Source: a virus
Lineage: Duplodnaviria > Caudoviricetes
DNA length: 64,000 nt
Direction: 5' to 3' (one strand)
Virus record (IMG/VR): IMGVR_UViG_3300037067_027602
Span: 92,498-156,497 of that record
The position numbers and the translations under genes were made by a program. Below, in pieces: positions 40,003 to 49,532 of the stretch; position 1 is the first letter of the stretch, and every line of letters begins with the position of its first letter. Under the pieces are notes generated by a model that saw only the letters and a list, made by a program, of their open reading frames with translations, was not told the origin of the DNA and ran no database searches.

Positions 40003-41094
40003 TTACCTCAACGCCTCCAATCTGGCCTTCATGTCTTTTTTCTCCTCGGCGATCCTGTCCAGCTCCATGATCCGCTTGATCAAGTCTTGCCTCCTCGCCT
40101 CCTCGGCGCTCGCGGCGGAGGCTTTCACCCTGTCGGCCTCCCATTCCGAGAGGCGCCATTTCTCCATGTCGGCCACGTTGGGGAATGCCGAGCTGTACGC
40201 CTCCGCCCTGGCCACGGCCTCGTCCTGGACGGACACGAACTTGCTTTGGGGCACGACCTCCACATCGTAGGCGGAGGGGACGCAGCCCTCGGGAGCCGCC
40301 TGGCAGGCCAATATGCGGCCTTTGGAGGCGGCCTCCCTGAACCTGGCCTCCTCCCTCACCCTGTCGTCCTCGGAGAGCCCCGACTTGACCAGGTGGGCGG
40401 GGCGGCAGCAGTCGCCGTACTCGGTCGACCAGACCCACTTCCCCCCCCTGAACACGGCGCGGAGCCTCACGTAGTCCTTGACCACGTTAACCCGCTCCTG
40501 GAGGTTGTCCTTGAGGAACGTCAAATTGCGGATGGCCTTGCCGAGATCCTCCGAGCTGCCGTTCAGGGCCCGGTTCACCTGCGCCAGGAGCTTGTCCTTG
40601 GGGGAGCTGTCCCTCATGACATGCCCGATGAAGCCAGCCTGCATCTTGTCCTTGAAGTTCATGCAATCGTAATCCCGCTGGGCGAGCGGCTTGGGGAGGC
40701 AGTTGTCCTCCATGCGGAACTTGCGGCTACCGATGAAGATCCAGTATGGGAGCTCGTGGACTTGCCCCTCGAAGGCGAGGTCGCCGTATTTCTCGGAGAG
40801 GCGTCTGGACAGACTGCCCTCGTGGGGGACGACCGCCCGGTAAAGCTCCGGCGGGGCGGAGACCTTATTCCCCCGCTCGTTGACGACCTTTTTCTCGGAA
40901 GGGGCCCGGAATGTCAGGAGGGTGGCCAGGAAGCACTCCCCCTCCCGCCCGGCCTTCAGCGCGGCGTAGATGCCCTCGGCCACGCCGTCCTTGTCGTTGA
41001 ACCTCTTGCTATCCACCAGCGGCGCGGGGCCGCCGAATTCCATGTCCAAATCCGGCCCCATGTTCGTGTCGAAACCCATTTCCTTTTCCTCCAA
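40003..41094 (-). CDS. Hypothetical protein with C-terminal coiled coil
   Basis: 363 aa with phage-like codon use; N-terminal GPDLDMEF motif. Confidence 0.65.
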   Translation of the reverse strand: MEEKEMGFDTNMGPDLDMEFGGPAPLVDSKRFNDKDGVAEGIYAALKAGREGECFLATLLTFRAPSEKKVVNERGNKVSAPPELYRAVVPHEGSLSRRLSEKYGDLAFEGQVHELPYWIFIGSRKFRMEDNCLPKPLAQRDYDCMNFKDKMQAGFIGHVMRDSSPKDKLLAQVNRALNGSSEDLGKAIRNLTFLKDNLQERVNVVKDYVRLRAVFRGGKWVWSTEYGDCCRPAHLVKSGLSEDDRVREEARFREAASKGRILACQAAPEGCVPSAYDVEVVPQSKFVSVQDEAVARAEAYSSAFPNVADMEKWRLSEWEADRVKASAASAEEARRQDLIKRIMELDRIAEEKKDMKARLEALR

Positions 41095-41123
41095 TCAATT
41101 GTTGGCGTTATTTAGAAGGCAAT

Positions 41124-41540
41124 TCAGATATAGAAGTATTCGCGGATGGCCTCGCAGCAGGTTTTCTCCGCCCCCGTGGGCAGCGAGCGCCGGAGCTTGT
41201 CCATGCCGGGGACGCCGAAGGCGAACTCCGCCTTGAACGCCACCTGGCATCCCTGGATCACCGGAGCGTCCAAGGCGAGGCGCGCCCTGCGGAACTTGTC
41301 GGCGGCCCGCTCCGGATACCCCACGGCGGCCAAGGGGGTGGAATCCGGCTTGCAGACCCTGCGCCTCTCCGGGAGCTCCAAAGCGGCGTAGACCTGCTGG
41401 CCACCCCTGATGCAGAACTTCGCGGCGGCCTTGCGGGACTTGCCCAGCCGGGCCTCGCCCTTCCAGACGTCCGGGACGTCCAGGGGGTTTTTGGAAAGGA
41501 ACAACCCAAGGAACTTGCAGTTGCGGGCGGAGACGTTCAT
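41124..41540 (-). CDS. Hypothetical protein
   Basis: 138 aa ORF co-oriented with neighbours. Confidence 0.5.
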   Translation of the reverse strand: MNVSARNCKFLGLFLSKNPLDVPDVWKGEARLGKSRKAAAKFCIRGGQQVYAALELPERRRVCKPDSTPLAAVGYPERAADKFRRARLALDAPVIQGCQVAFKAEFAFGVPGMDKLRRSLPTGAEKTCCEAIREYFYI

Positions 41541-41966
41541 CGCGGGCCTACTTTCTTTTTCGGGTTTTGGTTTTCAGACAAAAGCCCCCTCCGGCGGGGA
41601 GGGGGTTGGGGGAGGGCGTCCGCCCATTCCACAAAAAGGAACGATTTCCATAATGTGGAAAGCACGGATCAGCCTAGAAAAAACACCGCATGGAGGAACC
41701 CCGCATAGGAGGGACGACCATGGACAGGAACAAGGTTCCCCACATAGGGGCGCATAGGGGAGCCCCAAGCGTGGACAGCCCCATGGGAGGGAACCTGGAA
41801 CAGGGGGGATTGGCTATCCGGGGGAGGGATTCGGGTCTCGCCGGGGTCGAACCGTGGGATATATCGGAGCGCAGGGTGGAGGCCACCGCCACACACACAA
41901 ATTCCACCACCCGGAATTTAGCCTCGAATTTCCATATTATGGAAGCCTTTCCACCATCCCTTGGGG

Positions 41967-42302
41967 CTACACCCGCTCGCCCCGGCTGTCCACGAACCCC
42001 ACATGCTTGAACGTCCGGGGCTGCCCCTCCACGGCCTGCATGGGCTCGGATTGGCTGGTGAACACGTCCTCCGCCCACAAGGCGTTTTGCCCCCGCAGGT
42101 AGCCCACCTTGAGGCTGAGCGCCTGGGGCAGGACGGCCACCACGGCCACCACGCCCGGCTCGTCGCACACGGCCTTGAGGCTGTCGATGTCGGTGAAGGT
42201 GATGTTCCTGGCCTCTATTTCGGTATGCGGCCATATCCTGGCGGCGTCCTCCCTCTGCAAGGCTGTCATCTCGTGCCTGCTTGCCCACACTACTTTTTTC
42301 AT
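41967..42302 (-). CDS. Hypothetical protein
   Basis: MKKVVWASRHEMTALQ... preceded by a GGAAGGGA RBS. Confidence 0.55.
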   Translation of the reverse strand: MKKVVWASRHEMTALQREDAARIWPHTEIEARNITFTDIDSLKAVCDEPGVVAVVAVLPQALSLKVGYLRGQNALWAEDVFTSQSEPMQAVEGQPRTFKHVGFVDSRGERV

Positions 42303-42710
42303 CTTCGTTCCCTTCCTGGTTGTTTGGGGATTCCCCGGAGGCGCTTCGCCCTCCAGACCTCCCGAATATTCGTTAGTGACTATCAAGATAAATAGACGAT
42401 CCACAACGGAACGCCACTTTACAACTTTCAGAATCACCTAATATCACATCCAGCCCTCCATGTCCGGGCAATTTGCTGGATTATATATGCCTTTGCCCGG
42501 ATATGCCAAAAAAACCGGGGTTTCGTCGGTTCTGCGTTGCGTGATTATACATCATCCCACCCGCCTCCCGGTTTCCACCCCGTTCGACGCCACCGTTTAT
42601 TAGCCAGAATCGGCGTAAACCATTTTGTATGGCGACATGCCACTTACGACTTGCGCCATGGCTAACATCCACGCCCCGCATGGGGGTTGGAGCGGCGTCC
42701 CACGCAAACG

Positions 42711-42743
42711 AAAAGCCCCTCCACGGGGGTTCCATGGAGGGGC
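42711..42743 (-). terminator. Intrinsic terminator candidate
   Basis: GCCCCTCCA/TGGAGGGGC stem followed by TTTT on the minus strand. Confidence 0.5.
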
Positions 42744-43586
42744 GTGTGGTTGCTTAGTTGATCATTATTGCCACCGGAGTCGTATAGACCCCGGTTTTTC
42801 GAGCATTCAACTTGACCAGAGTTGCTCCAAATGCCGAACCAATGGGGAATCCTTCCCCAGGCTGGCGTTCCTTTGGGGGAGCTGGGAGGCCATTTTCTCC
42901 CCCGTCTCCCTCATGTATTTCTCGAAATCCCCGTCGTCCTTCTTGGGGCGGAGCGTGATACTAATCACAGCACCCCCATCCATCGTGGGGGTGAGCGTCC
43001 ATCCGCCCACGTCCATACCATTAACCTCCGCCAGCTCGACCGCCAGTTGCCTGGCCTTGCTTCCTTCCCTGACCACGGCCAGGGAAGCCCTCACGTTGTT
43101 AGTCATCGTGCGCCCCCTTATTGGGTGTTGTTGACCACGCCTATTGGCGTGGTTGTTTTGTCCATGCCTTGCCCCTAGTTCGATTCCATGGGTTCGGCAT
43201 GGTGTTTTTGTCCATGTCCTATCTCTTGGCGGCAATCTCCATGCCGCCCTCGAATTTGTTCCACCCGGCGTTGAACGCCAGAGCCTTGCGTCTGGCCTCA
43301 AGCTCCTGCTTGACGTGCAGGAGCTCAATTCTCAAGGCGTCGCGCTCCGCTTCGACCTTGCCCTGGTGGCGGCGCATGGAGGCGGCCTCGTGCCGCAGAC
43401 GGTTGATGATAGCCGTCTTGCGGTTACTCGCCCCCAGCACGGTGGCGAGCTGCTCTTGCAGCTCCGCCGACTCAGCGCCGAGGTTATGCGCCTCGGCTTT
43501 ATAGAACGCCTCCGAGGCTTTCACCTCGAAACAGCTGCGATTGTCCGGTTTCATCTCAATCCTCCTTGCCCTTCCGGGCCGTCGCT

Positions 43587-43653
43587 CCATGCACTTTTGT
43601 GACACGGGGCTTGTTTCCCATGGGATACCTGAATCCCATGCACTTTTGTGACA
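43587..43653. repeat. Exact 18-bp direct repeat (two copies, 49-bp period)
   Basis: CCATGCACTTTTGTGACA at 43587-43604 and 43636-43653. Confidence 0.9.
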
Positions 43654-43828
43654 TTCGCCCATTCCAACGGGAAAGGGCTTTCCGATTTCCATATCCCCCG
43701 TTTGCCCCACGGGAAGCCCGGTATATGGGCGTCCCCCATGGGCGGGGAGAAAGCTTAAAAAACCCGCCCCCGGAGGGGCGGGCATGGGGAAAACCCCTCC
43801 CTTGCGGGAGGGGCCGGGGGGGGGCGGG

Positions 43829-44338
43829 TCAGAACTCCATATCGAGGTTCGGCCCCGAGGCCGTAGCCGGGGAATTGGGGCTGTAGCGGGGCGCCGGCTT
43901 GACGCCGAGCCCGGACAGGAACACGGTCTTGGAATTGACCGTCGCGCTCTTGGCGCGGCCGTTCTCAATCGCGATAGTCGCGGGCCAGAAGCCCGCCATG
44001 GGGAGGCCGGGCTTCCTGGCAATCAGCCTGGACTCCACGGCGGACGGGCCCCGGAACGTGAGGCGGACGGTCTCTTCTTCCGGGCCGTCCTCGATCAAGA
44101 TGGCCCGCCCCTTGAGCAGGCCGGACTCGGCCCGCAGGATGAAACTGTTGACGCGGTCTGCGTCCCCGCCCATTTCCTGGGCCAGAACGTCCAAGCCCCT
44201 GGCCTTGACCAGGGAGGCGCGGCCGTCCTCGGTATCCGGGATTTCGAACCCGGCGGGGGCGAGCTGCTCGGCTTTCTTCATGGCCAGCATGAGAGACAGC
44301 TCTTCCACGGACATTCCGGCGTAATTCGTGCTTTCCAT
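43829..44338 (-). CDS. Hypothetical protein ending in GPNLDMEF
   Basis: 169 aa with RBS and an upstream hairpin CCCTAGGGCG/CGCCCTAGGG. Confidence 0.6.
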   Translation of the reverse strand: MESTNYAGMSVEELSLMLAMKKAEQLAPAGFEIPDTEDGRASLVKARGLDVLAQEMGGDADRVNSFILRAESGLLKGRAILIEDGPEEETVRLTFRGPSAVESRLIARKPGLPMAGFWPATIAIENGRAKSATVNSKTVFLSGLGVKPAPRYSPNSPATASGPNLDMEF

Positions 44339-44464
44339 CTTCTTTCCCTACTTTCTTTTTGCCCATGGGAACTATTCCCTAGGGCGGGTTATGTTCGCCC
44401 TAGGGGAGACATTCCCCTAAGGCTGTAGACATTATTTTATCGCGTTCATCCCATTCCAGCCTTG

Positions 44465-44728
44465 CTAGGCTGTTTTCCTGAACTCCCGCCAGGCTTGTTC
44501 GCACTGGCGCTCTATCTCAATCCGTTCCCACCTCAAGGGCGGGCCGGGATTGTTAGAGCCGCCGCGGTAGTCCATTTTCAGGCGGTATTCATTGAACCTT
44601 GCCTGTTTTGCCCTTTCGAGCTCTCTGCCTAGGTTTTCAGCCCATGGCATGTAACCTTCGCGGCAGGCTCTGACGCACTCGCAATGCGCCCAATCGGGCG
44701 TTTCATTCCATTCGTCCCATTGTCTCAT
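44465..44728 (-). CDS. Hypothetical protein, first gene of the leftward region
   Basis: Strong AAGGAGGTGA RBS; TTGACA-N17-GAGAAT upstream at ~44771-44799. Confidence 0.6.
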   Translation of the reverse strand: MRQWDEWNETPDWAHCECVRACREGYMPWAENLGRELERAKQARFNEYRLKMDYRGGSNNPGPPLRWERIEIERQCEQAWREFRKTA

Positions 44729-44998
44729 GTTTCACCTCCTTTCCGGTGGACATGGGAACGAACGCGATTCATTCTCAATCGCCATTCTCCAATTGTCAAT
44801 CAGCACGCCCTTACGGGCTTCCCCTCGCCTCACAAGCGGGAGATTCACGCTCCGGGGTTCATCGCCCCTCGGCATACTTAGGGGAACGGCGGGAAAGCAG
44901 GCCGGGGGCCTTCTATAGCTTTGAGGTCAAACCGCCTCGAAAAGGGGGTGGGGGGTGGTCCCCACACAGTTGGCGTCGGTTTCCCCCGTTCTCCCCGC

Positions 44999-45089
44999 CC
45001 TCATGGTTGGCTCCAATTTCCCCTCCCTTCCTTCTTTCCTCATGGTTGGCTCCGATTTTCCCTCCCCTCCGCGCTTGGCTCCGATTTCC
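44999..45089. repeat. Degenerate tandem repeat (about 2.5 copies)
   Basis: CCTCATGGTTGGCTCCRATTTYCCCTCCC at 44999 and 45038; partial TTGGCTCCGATTTCC at 45075. Confidence 0.8.
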
Positions 45090-45532
45090 TTCCTTGCTTC
45101 CCCTTTCGTATTTGGTGTCGATCTCCTCCCCCGTCCACGAAGTTGTCTCCAGCCCCCATACCCGGCGCATGGACGGCAGGCGTCCGTTCCCCTTTCGGCG
45201 GTCTGCCCATGGACTCGTTCCCATATGGGGCCTTCTCCATGGAAAACGCCATGCCCTTTCCTGGACATGCGTTTCCTGAAAAAATTGGGGGCGTTCCTAA
45301 ATTTCCGGAGCCCACCCCCGAACCCCCTCCCGTGGGAGGGGATTTTTTTAAAAATCCACGAACATGGGCCAGTCCCGTTGGAGGGGGCTTTTCAAAGCCG
45401 CCGGAAACGGGCCACCCCCATGGAGGGGTTTTCCCCCCAAAAACCGGCGGGAGCCCCGAAAAAGCGGCGGCGGCGGTAAATTTTGGGTGGACGGAAGGAT
45501 TTTTTCCACCATTCAAGGAAAAGGGTTGGGAC

Positions 45533-46171
45533 ATGGGAAAAAGGATAGGGTTGGTGGTCTGCGCCGACTGCGTCGACCCGGAGGGGGCCATGGAGGCCGC
45601 CTCGCTTTGCTCGAAGCTGTGCGGAGGGGTCCCCTTCAGGGTGTTCTCCGACCGGGGCGGGACGGACACCGTCCCCAGGATAGGGTCGAAGGCGGAGTAC
45701 AGCCGCTTCATGGTGGAGTCGCTGCCGAGGCTCGTGAAGGGCGTTGGGGGGCATGTCCTGGTGGTCCAGAGGGACGGGGTCGTCGCCAACCCTGACGCCT
45801 GGGAGCCGGGGTTCCTGGACTACGACTACGTCGGGGCCCCCTGGCCGGACGGGGTGGTGGGCAACGGCGGGTTCTCGCTGCGGTCGGCCAGGCTCCTGGC
45901 GGCGCTGCCGGAACTTGGGCCGTGCCAGGGGCCGGAGGACGAGCACATCTGCCGTGTCCACCGGGCGGAACTGGAGTCGATGGGGATGAGGTTCGCCCCG
46001 AGGGAGGTGGCGGCCAGGTTCTCCTGGGAGAGGAATTGCGCCAACCCCTGCTACCGGGGGGCGTACGGGATCCACCTGGACGGCCCGGCCTGGCGCTTCA
46101 TGGACGGCGGGGCGAGGGCGATGTGCCACCCGCTGTCGGCGGCGTACCTCGCGAAACACCGCAATTTCTAG
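45533..46171 (+). CDS. DUF5672-like glycosyltransferase-fold protein
   Basis: VLVVQRDG, FLDYDYVGAPW, VGNGGFSLRS, PED...C, FAP..VA.RFS.E, GIH. Confidence 0.7.
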   Translation: MGKRIGLVVCADCVDPEGAMEAASLCSKLCGGVPFRVFSDRGGTDTVPRIGSKAEYSRFMVESLPRLVKGVGGHVLVVQRDGVVANPDAWEPGFLDYDYVGAPWPDGVVGNGGFSLRSARLLAALPELGPCQGPEDEHICRVHRAELESMGMRFAPREVAARFSWERNCANPCYRGAYGIHLDGPAWRFMDGGARAMCHPLSAAYLAKHRNF

Positions 46172-46211
46172 ACAAAACGGCGGTTTTCCGCCAAAAAGGA
46201 GTTTTCCGCCC

Positions 46212-47744
46212 ATGCGAACGAGATTTTTTCACTTTAAGTGGTTTTTGGCGGCCGCCCTGGTTTCCCTGGCGGCCATGGCTTTGGCGCAGGACACGCCGAT
46301 CCCAGTGACGCGGGGGAAGACGTCGGGGGACGTCCTCCAGCCGCCCGGCGGCCTGAACTGGACCGGCAGGCTCTGGGGGGTGGCGTCCAGCGGATACTAC
46401 ACGGCGGGCCAGGTGGACGCCATGCTGGGCGGGGCCGGGGTGGGGCTGGACTCGTTCCGGGCGGGGGACGGGATAGGGCTGGACACCTCGGCGGGGGACG
46501 TTCTGGTCCAGATCGGCGGCGCGACCAAAAACATGGTCGGCCTGTCGAACGTTGACAACACCGCCGACGCGGACAAACCTGTCTCCACGGCCACGCAGGC
46601 CGCCCTTGACGAGAAACTTGACGTGGACAGCGCCGTTTCCGGTGGGCATGGCATACAGGACGACGGGACGCCCATGCCCACGCGGGCGAACATAAACCTC
46701 ATTGGTTTTTCTCTTTTGGATGACGAGACGGGGGATGCGACGAAAGTCGAACTACCCCCAGGCCAAGAGGAAATCAGCTTCACATCCAGCGACGGAACCG
46801 GGGTTTCTTGGTCTGGTGACGTTGTGACTTTCACCCATGCGCTTGGCGTGGCGGACGTGCTTGGTGAGTTTTTCAACGCGGATGGTGGCGGTGGTTACAG
46901 GCTCACGCTGTCCGACAACCCAACCACGACCGCGGCCACGTTTGACATGACCCCGCTGGGCGGCAACGCAGCCATCACCGGAACATGGAAAGTCCGGCTG
47001 GTGGCCAACAGCGTCGGCTCCGGCGGCGGATCGTCCGCCTATGGCTTCGGCGACACGACACTTGACTCCTACGCGGCGAACCTGGTGGCGGCCTGGCAGT
47101 TCAACCGCGTGACATTGGTTCATGACTCCGTTGGCGACTGGCCCATGTTACGGAACTACGCTATCTTGCCAGGCGCGGGAAAGAGCGGCACATGCGCGGC
47201 TCTGGCGGGTACAAGCTATCTGACCAGGACAGGTGTTAACGCGACACACGGAGCGACAACCGTAATGCTTTCCGCATGGGTTTATTTCAGCTCCGCCCCA
47301 GCTGTCAAGAACATTATATTGTTCGAGGAAACCAGCGCAGCCGCCTATACCTGTTTCTCTGTGGCGGTCAACTCCGGCATGCATGTCGAGATGTTTGCCA
47401 GAACATCGCCGACAGGCGATTTGATCTCCGCGACCGGGACCGGCACCGTCACCACGTCGGCGTGGCACCATGTCCTGGTATTTTGCGACACCGCCAACAA
47501 CCTTTGCCGGATATCGCTCGACGGGTCGGTTGAAAGCATTTCCATGAATTTCGGGTCTGCGGCTTTTGCCCCCGGCACTGCGAGTAGCCACGTTTATATC
47601 GGCTATGACACGTTCAACTATTGCGTTGGCTCACTCGATGAAATCTATCTCTGGCGCAACCCGGTCATGGACTCCACGGCCTTCGCCGCGTTCGCCGCCG
47701 CGCTTTACAACTCCGGTTCCGGCAGGTTTTTCACAGCCCAATAA
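46212..47744 (+). CDS. Fibre/receptor-binding-like protein with C-terminal LamG domain and N-terminal signal peptide
   Basis: VGLSNVDNTADADKPVSTATQAALD fibre motif; LVAAWQFN...SAWVY...WHHV...IG...GSLDEIYLW LamG pattern. Confidence 0.7.
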   Translation: MRTRFFHFKWFLAAALVSLAAMALAQDTPIPVTRGKTSGDVLQPPGGLNWTGRLWGVASSGYYTAGQVDAMLGGAGVGLDSFRAGDGIGLDTSAGDVLVQIGGATKNMVGLSNVDNTADADKPVSTATQAALDEKLDVDSAVSGGHGIQDDGTPMPTRANINLIGFSLLDDETGDATKVELPPGQEEISFTSSDGTGVSWSGDVVTFTHALGVADVLGEFFNADGGGGYRLTLSDNPTTTAATFDMTPLGGNAAITGTWKVRLVANSVGSGGGSSAYGFGDTTLDSYAANLVAAWQFNRVTLVHDSVGDWPMLRNYAILPGAGKSGTCAALAGTSYLTRTGVNATHGATTVMLSAWVYFSSAPAVKNIILFEETSAAAYTCFSVAVNSGMHVEMFARTSPTGDLISATGTGTVTTSAWHHVLVFCDTANNLCRISLDGSVESISMNFGSAAFAPGTASSHVYIGYDTFNYCVGSLDEIYLWRNPVMDSTAFAAFAAALYNSGSGRFFTAQ

Positions 47745-47759
47745 ACGAAAGGCATACCC

Positions 47760-49013
47760 ATGAAATCCCTAATCATCATCGCACTGCTCTCCGCCATATC
47801 TCTGTCCACCCCAGTTCTGGCCGAAATCCAACCACTTTTTATTGACACATCTGACACTTCCGCCGTGCTGGACAGGCTCGGCCTGGGCACCGCCGCCACT
47901 ACCGCCTCCAGCTCCTACGCCACCGCGGCCCAGGGCTCCAGCGCCGAAGCGGCCTATGCCGCATCCGTCACCAACGCCACCAGCTCCAACACCGCCTCGG
48001 CCATCGTCAAGCGCGACGCGTCCGGCAATTTCTCGGCGGGGACGATCACAGCCGCCCTCACCGGCAACGCCTCCACCGCCACCAACGCCGAGCAGCTTGG
48101 AGGGGTGGCCGCGGTGAATTATGGTCAGATGCTGACCGCCAACACCACCATCAACATTGGCACGGCGGGCAAGGCGACGATGTATCTCGACAACGCCGCC
48201 GCCGTGGACAAAGGCTCCGGTTTGGTTGGACTCCCTTGCACCGGTCATAGTTTCGTCTCCGGCGACCCGATTAAAATCATTGGCGGGACGGCCTCGGTCT
48301 ACAATGACGACAACTACACCGTCGACGCGTCGAGCACAGTGAACGAGATCGTCGTCGCCGCCTCCGCGGTCAGCGTCTACTACTTCCAGCCGGACACCGC
48401 CGCCACCATGAAGGCGCTGATAGCCGCACAGCCGCGGAACCTTGGAGGCAAAACCTTGACCTTCCAGTTCCGTGACGGATGGTTCACGTTAACCACGCCG
48501 TTGGTGTTTGACAGCTTCTACAGCGGCATATTGATCGTTTATGGCAACGCCGCCGACAACACCGCGGCCAAGCGCAAACGCGCGGTCATCTCCGGCAGCG
48601 CTAAATATGTCCTGGATTTTCGGTACAACGCCTGCGCGTCGTTCCTATATTATCCGGGCATACGTTCCACCTATGCGGTATCAGGAGGAGCGGCTGTCCG
48701 CATGGTTTATACATCTGGGATGGCGGAGGTCCGCTATTGCGGGATTCTGTCGGACAACGCTGGGGCTACGGGCGTGCTGTCGCAGTCGTCAACATTTTCA
48801 TATGTAGCGTCAAATTACTTTTCTGGAGGGGCTCGAGGTGTTTTTGTCTTTAATTGCCCAAACGCGCTCATCAAGGACAATGTTTCGGAGTCCGCCAACA
48901 AGCCCATATATGGGCTTGTGTCGGATAGTGCTATCGTGCTAGTGAGCGGCACATTGCTGACTGGCTCAACCGCAAACACATCAGGCCGAGAAATCATCGA
49001 CATAACCCCCTAA
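47760..49013 (+). CDS. Tail fibre/spike-like protein with N-terminal signal peptide
   Basis: LGLGTAATTASSSYATAAQG and AIVKRDASGNFSAGTITAALTGNASTAT fibre motifs; C-terminal beta-helix-like region. Confidence 0.7.
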   Translation: MKSLIIIALLSAISLSTPVLAEIQPLFIDTSDTSAVLDRLGLGTAATTASSSYATAAQGSSAEAAYAASVTNATSSNTASAIVKRDASGNFSAGTITAALTGNASTATNAEQLGGVAAVNYGQMLTANTTINIGTAGKATMYLDNAAAVDKGSGLVGLPCTGHSFVSGDPIKIIGGTASVYNDDNYTVDASSTVNEIVVAASAVSVYYFQPDTAATMKALIAAQPRNLGGKTLTFQFRDGWFTLTTPLVFDSFYSGILIVYGNAADNTAAKRKRAVISGSAKYVLDFRYNACASFLYYPGIRSTYAVSGGAAVRMVYTSGMAEVRYCGILSDNAGATGVLSQSSTFSYVASNYFSGGARGVFVFNCPNALIKDNVSESANKPIYGLVSDSAIVLVSGTLLTGSTANTSGREIIDITP

Positions 49014-49025
49014 AGGAAGCTCATC

Positions 49026-49532
49026 ATGCAAATCATCTACAAGCTCAGCGACATGGAAATTTTGGGTGTGGGCAAGTTCGGGTCTCCGACTCCAGGCCAT
49101 GCGGTGTTGGAGGTGGGCGACGCCTCGGCGTTGCTTGACGAGTCCGGCGACATCCTCCCAGGCAAGACCTTGGCGGACATCCCCGGCGCCGTGGAGCTGC
49201 TCAAGGCGGACATCCGCGCCCGGATCGACGCCTCGACGGAAGCGAAAATACTCGCTGGATACACCTACGGCGGCGTCATGTTTGAACTTAATCTGGAGAC
49301 ACAGCTCGATTTTCTTGGGCTTTATGTATTTCGGGGCTTCGTCACGTTCCCGTTCCGGGTCAAGGGCTCTGGCATGACATTCTTGGAGCTGGAAAACCTC
49401 GCCTCCCTGGAGTCCTTCGCATCGGGGGGGATGATGCACAAACATGCAGTCCTCGCCGCTGGCTGGGCGGCAAAGCTCGCCCTTGACTCCCTGGCCCTGG
49501 CCGAGCTGGCGGCCTACGAGGTGGCGGGATGA
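49026..49532 (+). CDS. Tail fibre assembly/chaperone-like protein
   Basis: Follows the fibre gene; I.A.T..KIL.GY.Y.G..F.L..E.Q...GW..K pattern (DUF4376-like). Confidence 0.55.
   Translation: MQIIYKLSDMEILGVGKFGSPTPGHAVLEVGDASALLDESGDILPGKTLADIPGAVELLKADIRARIDASTEAKILAGYTYGGVMFELNLETQLDFLGLYVFRGFVTFPFRVKGSGMTFLELENLASLESFASGGMMHKHAVLAAGWAAKLALDSLALAELAAYEVAG

Noticed and set aside
43587-45089. Direct repeats as a CRISPR array
   Set aside because: Only 2-3 short copies, non-uniform, with no leader or cas genes.
44921-45532. N-terminal 200 aa of the 416-aa ORF
   Set aside because: A Pro/Gly/Phe-rich read-through of repeat DNA; the recognisable domain starts at ATG 45533.
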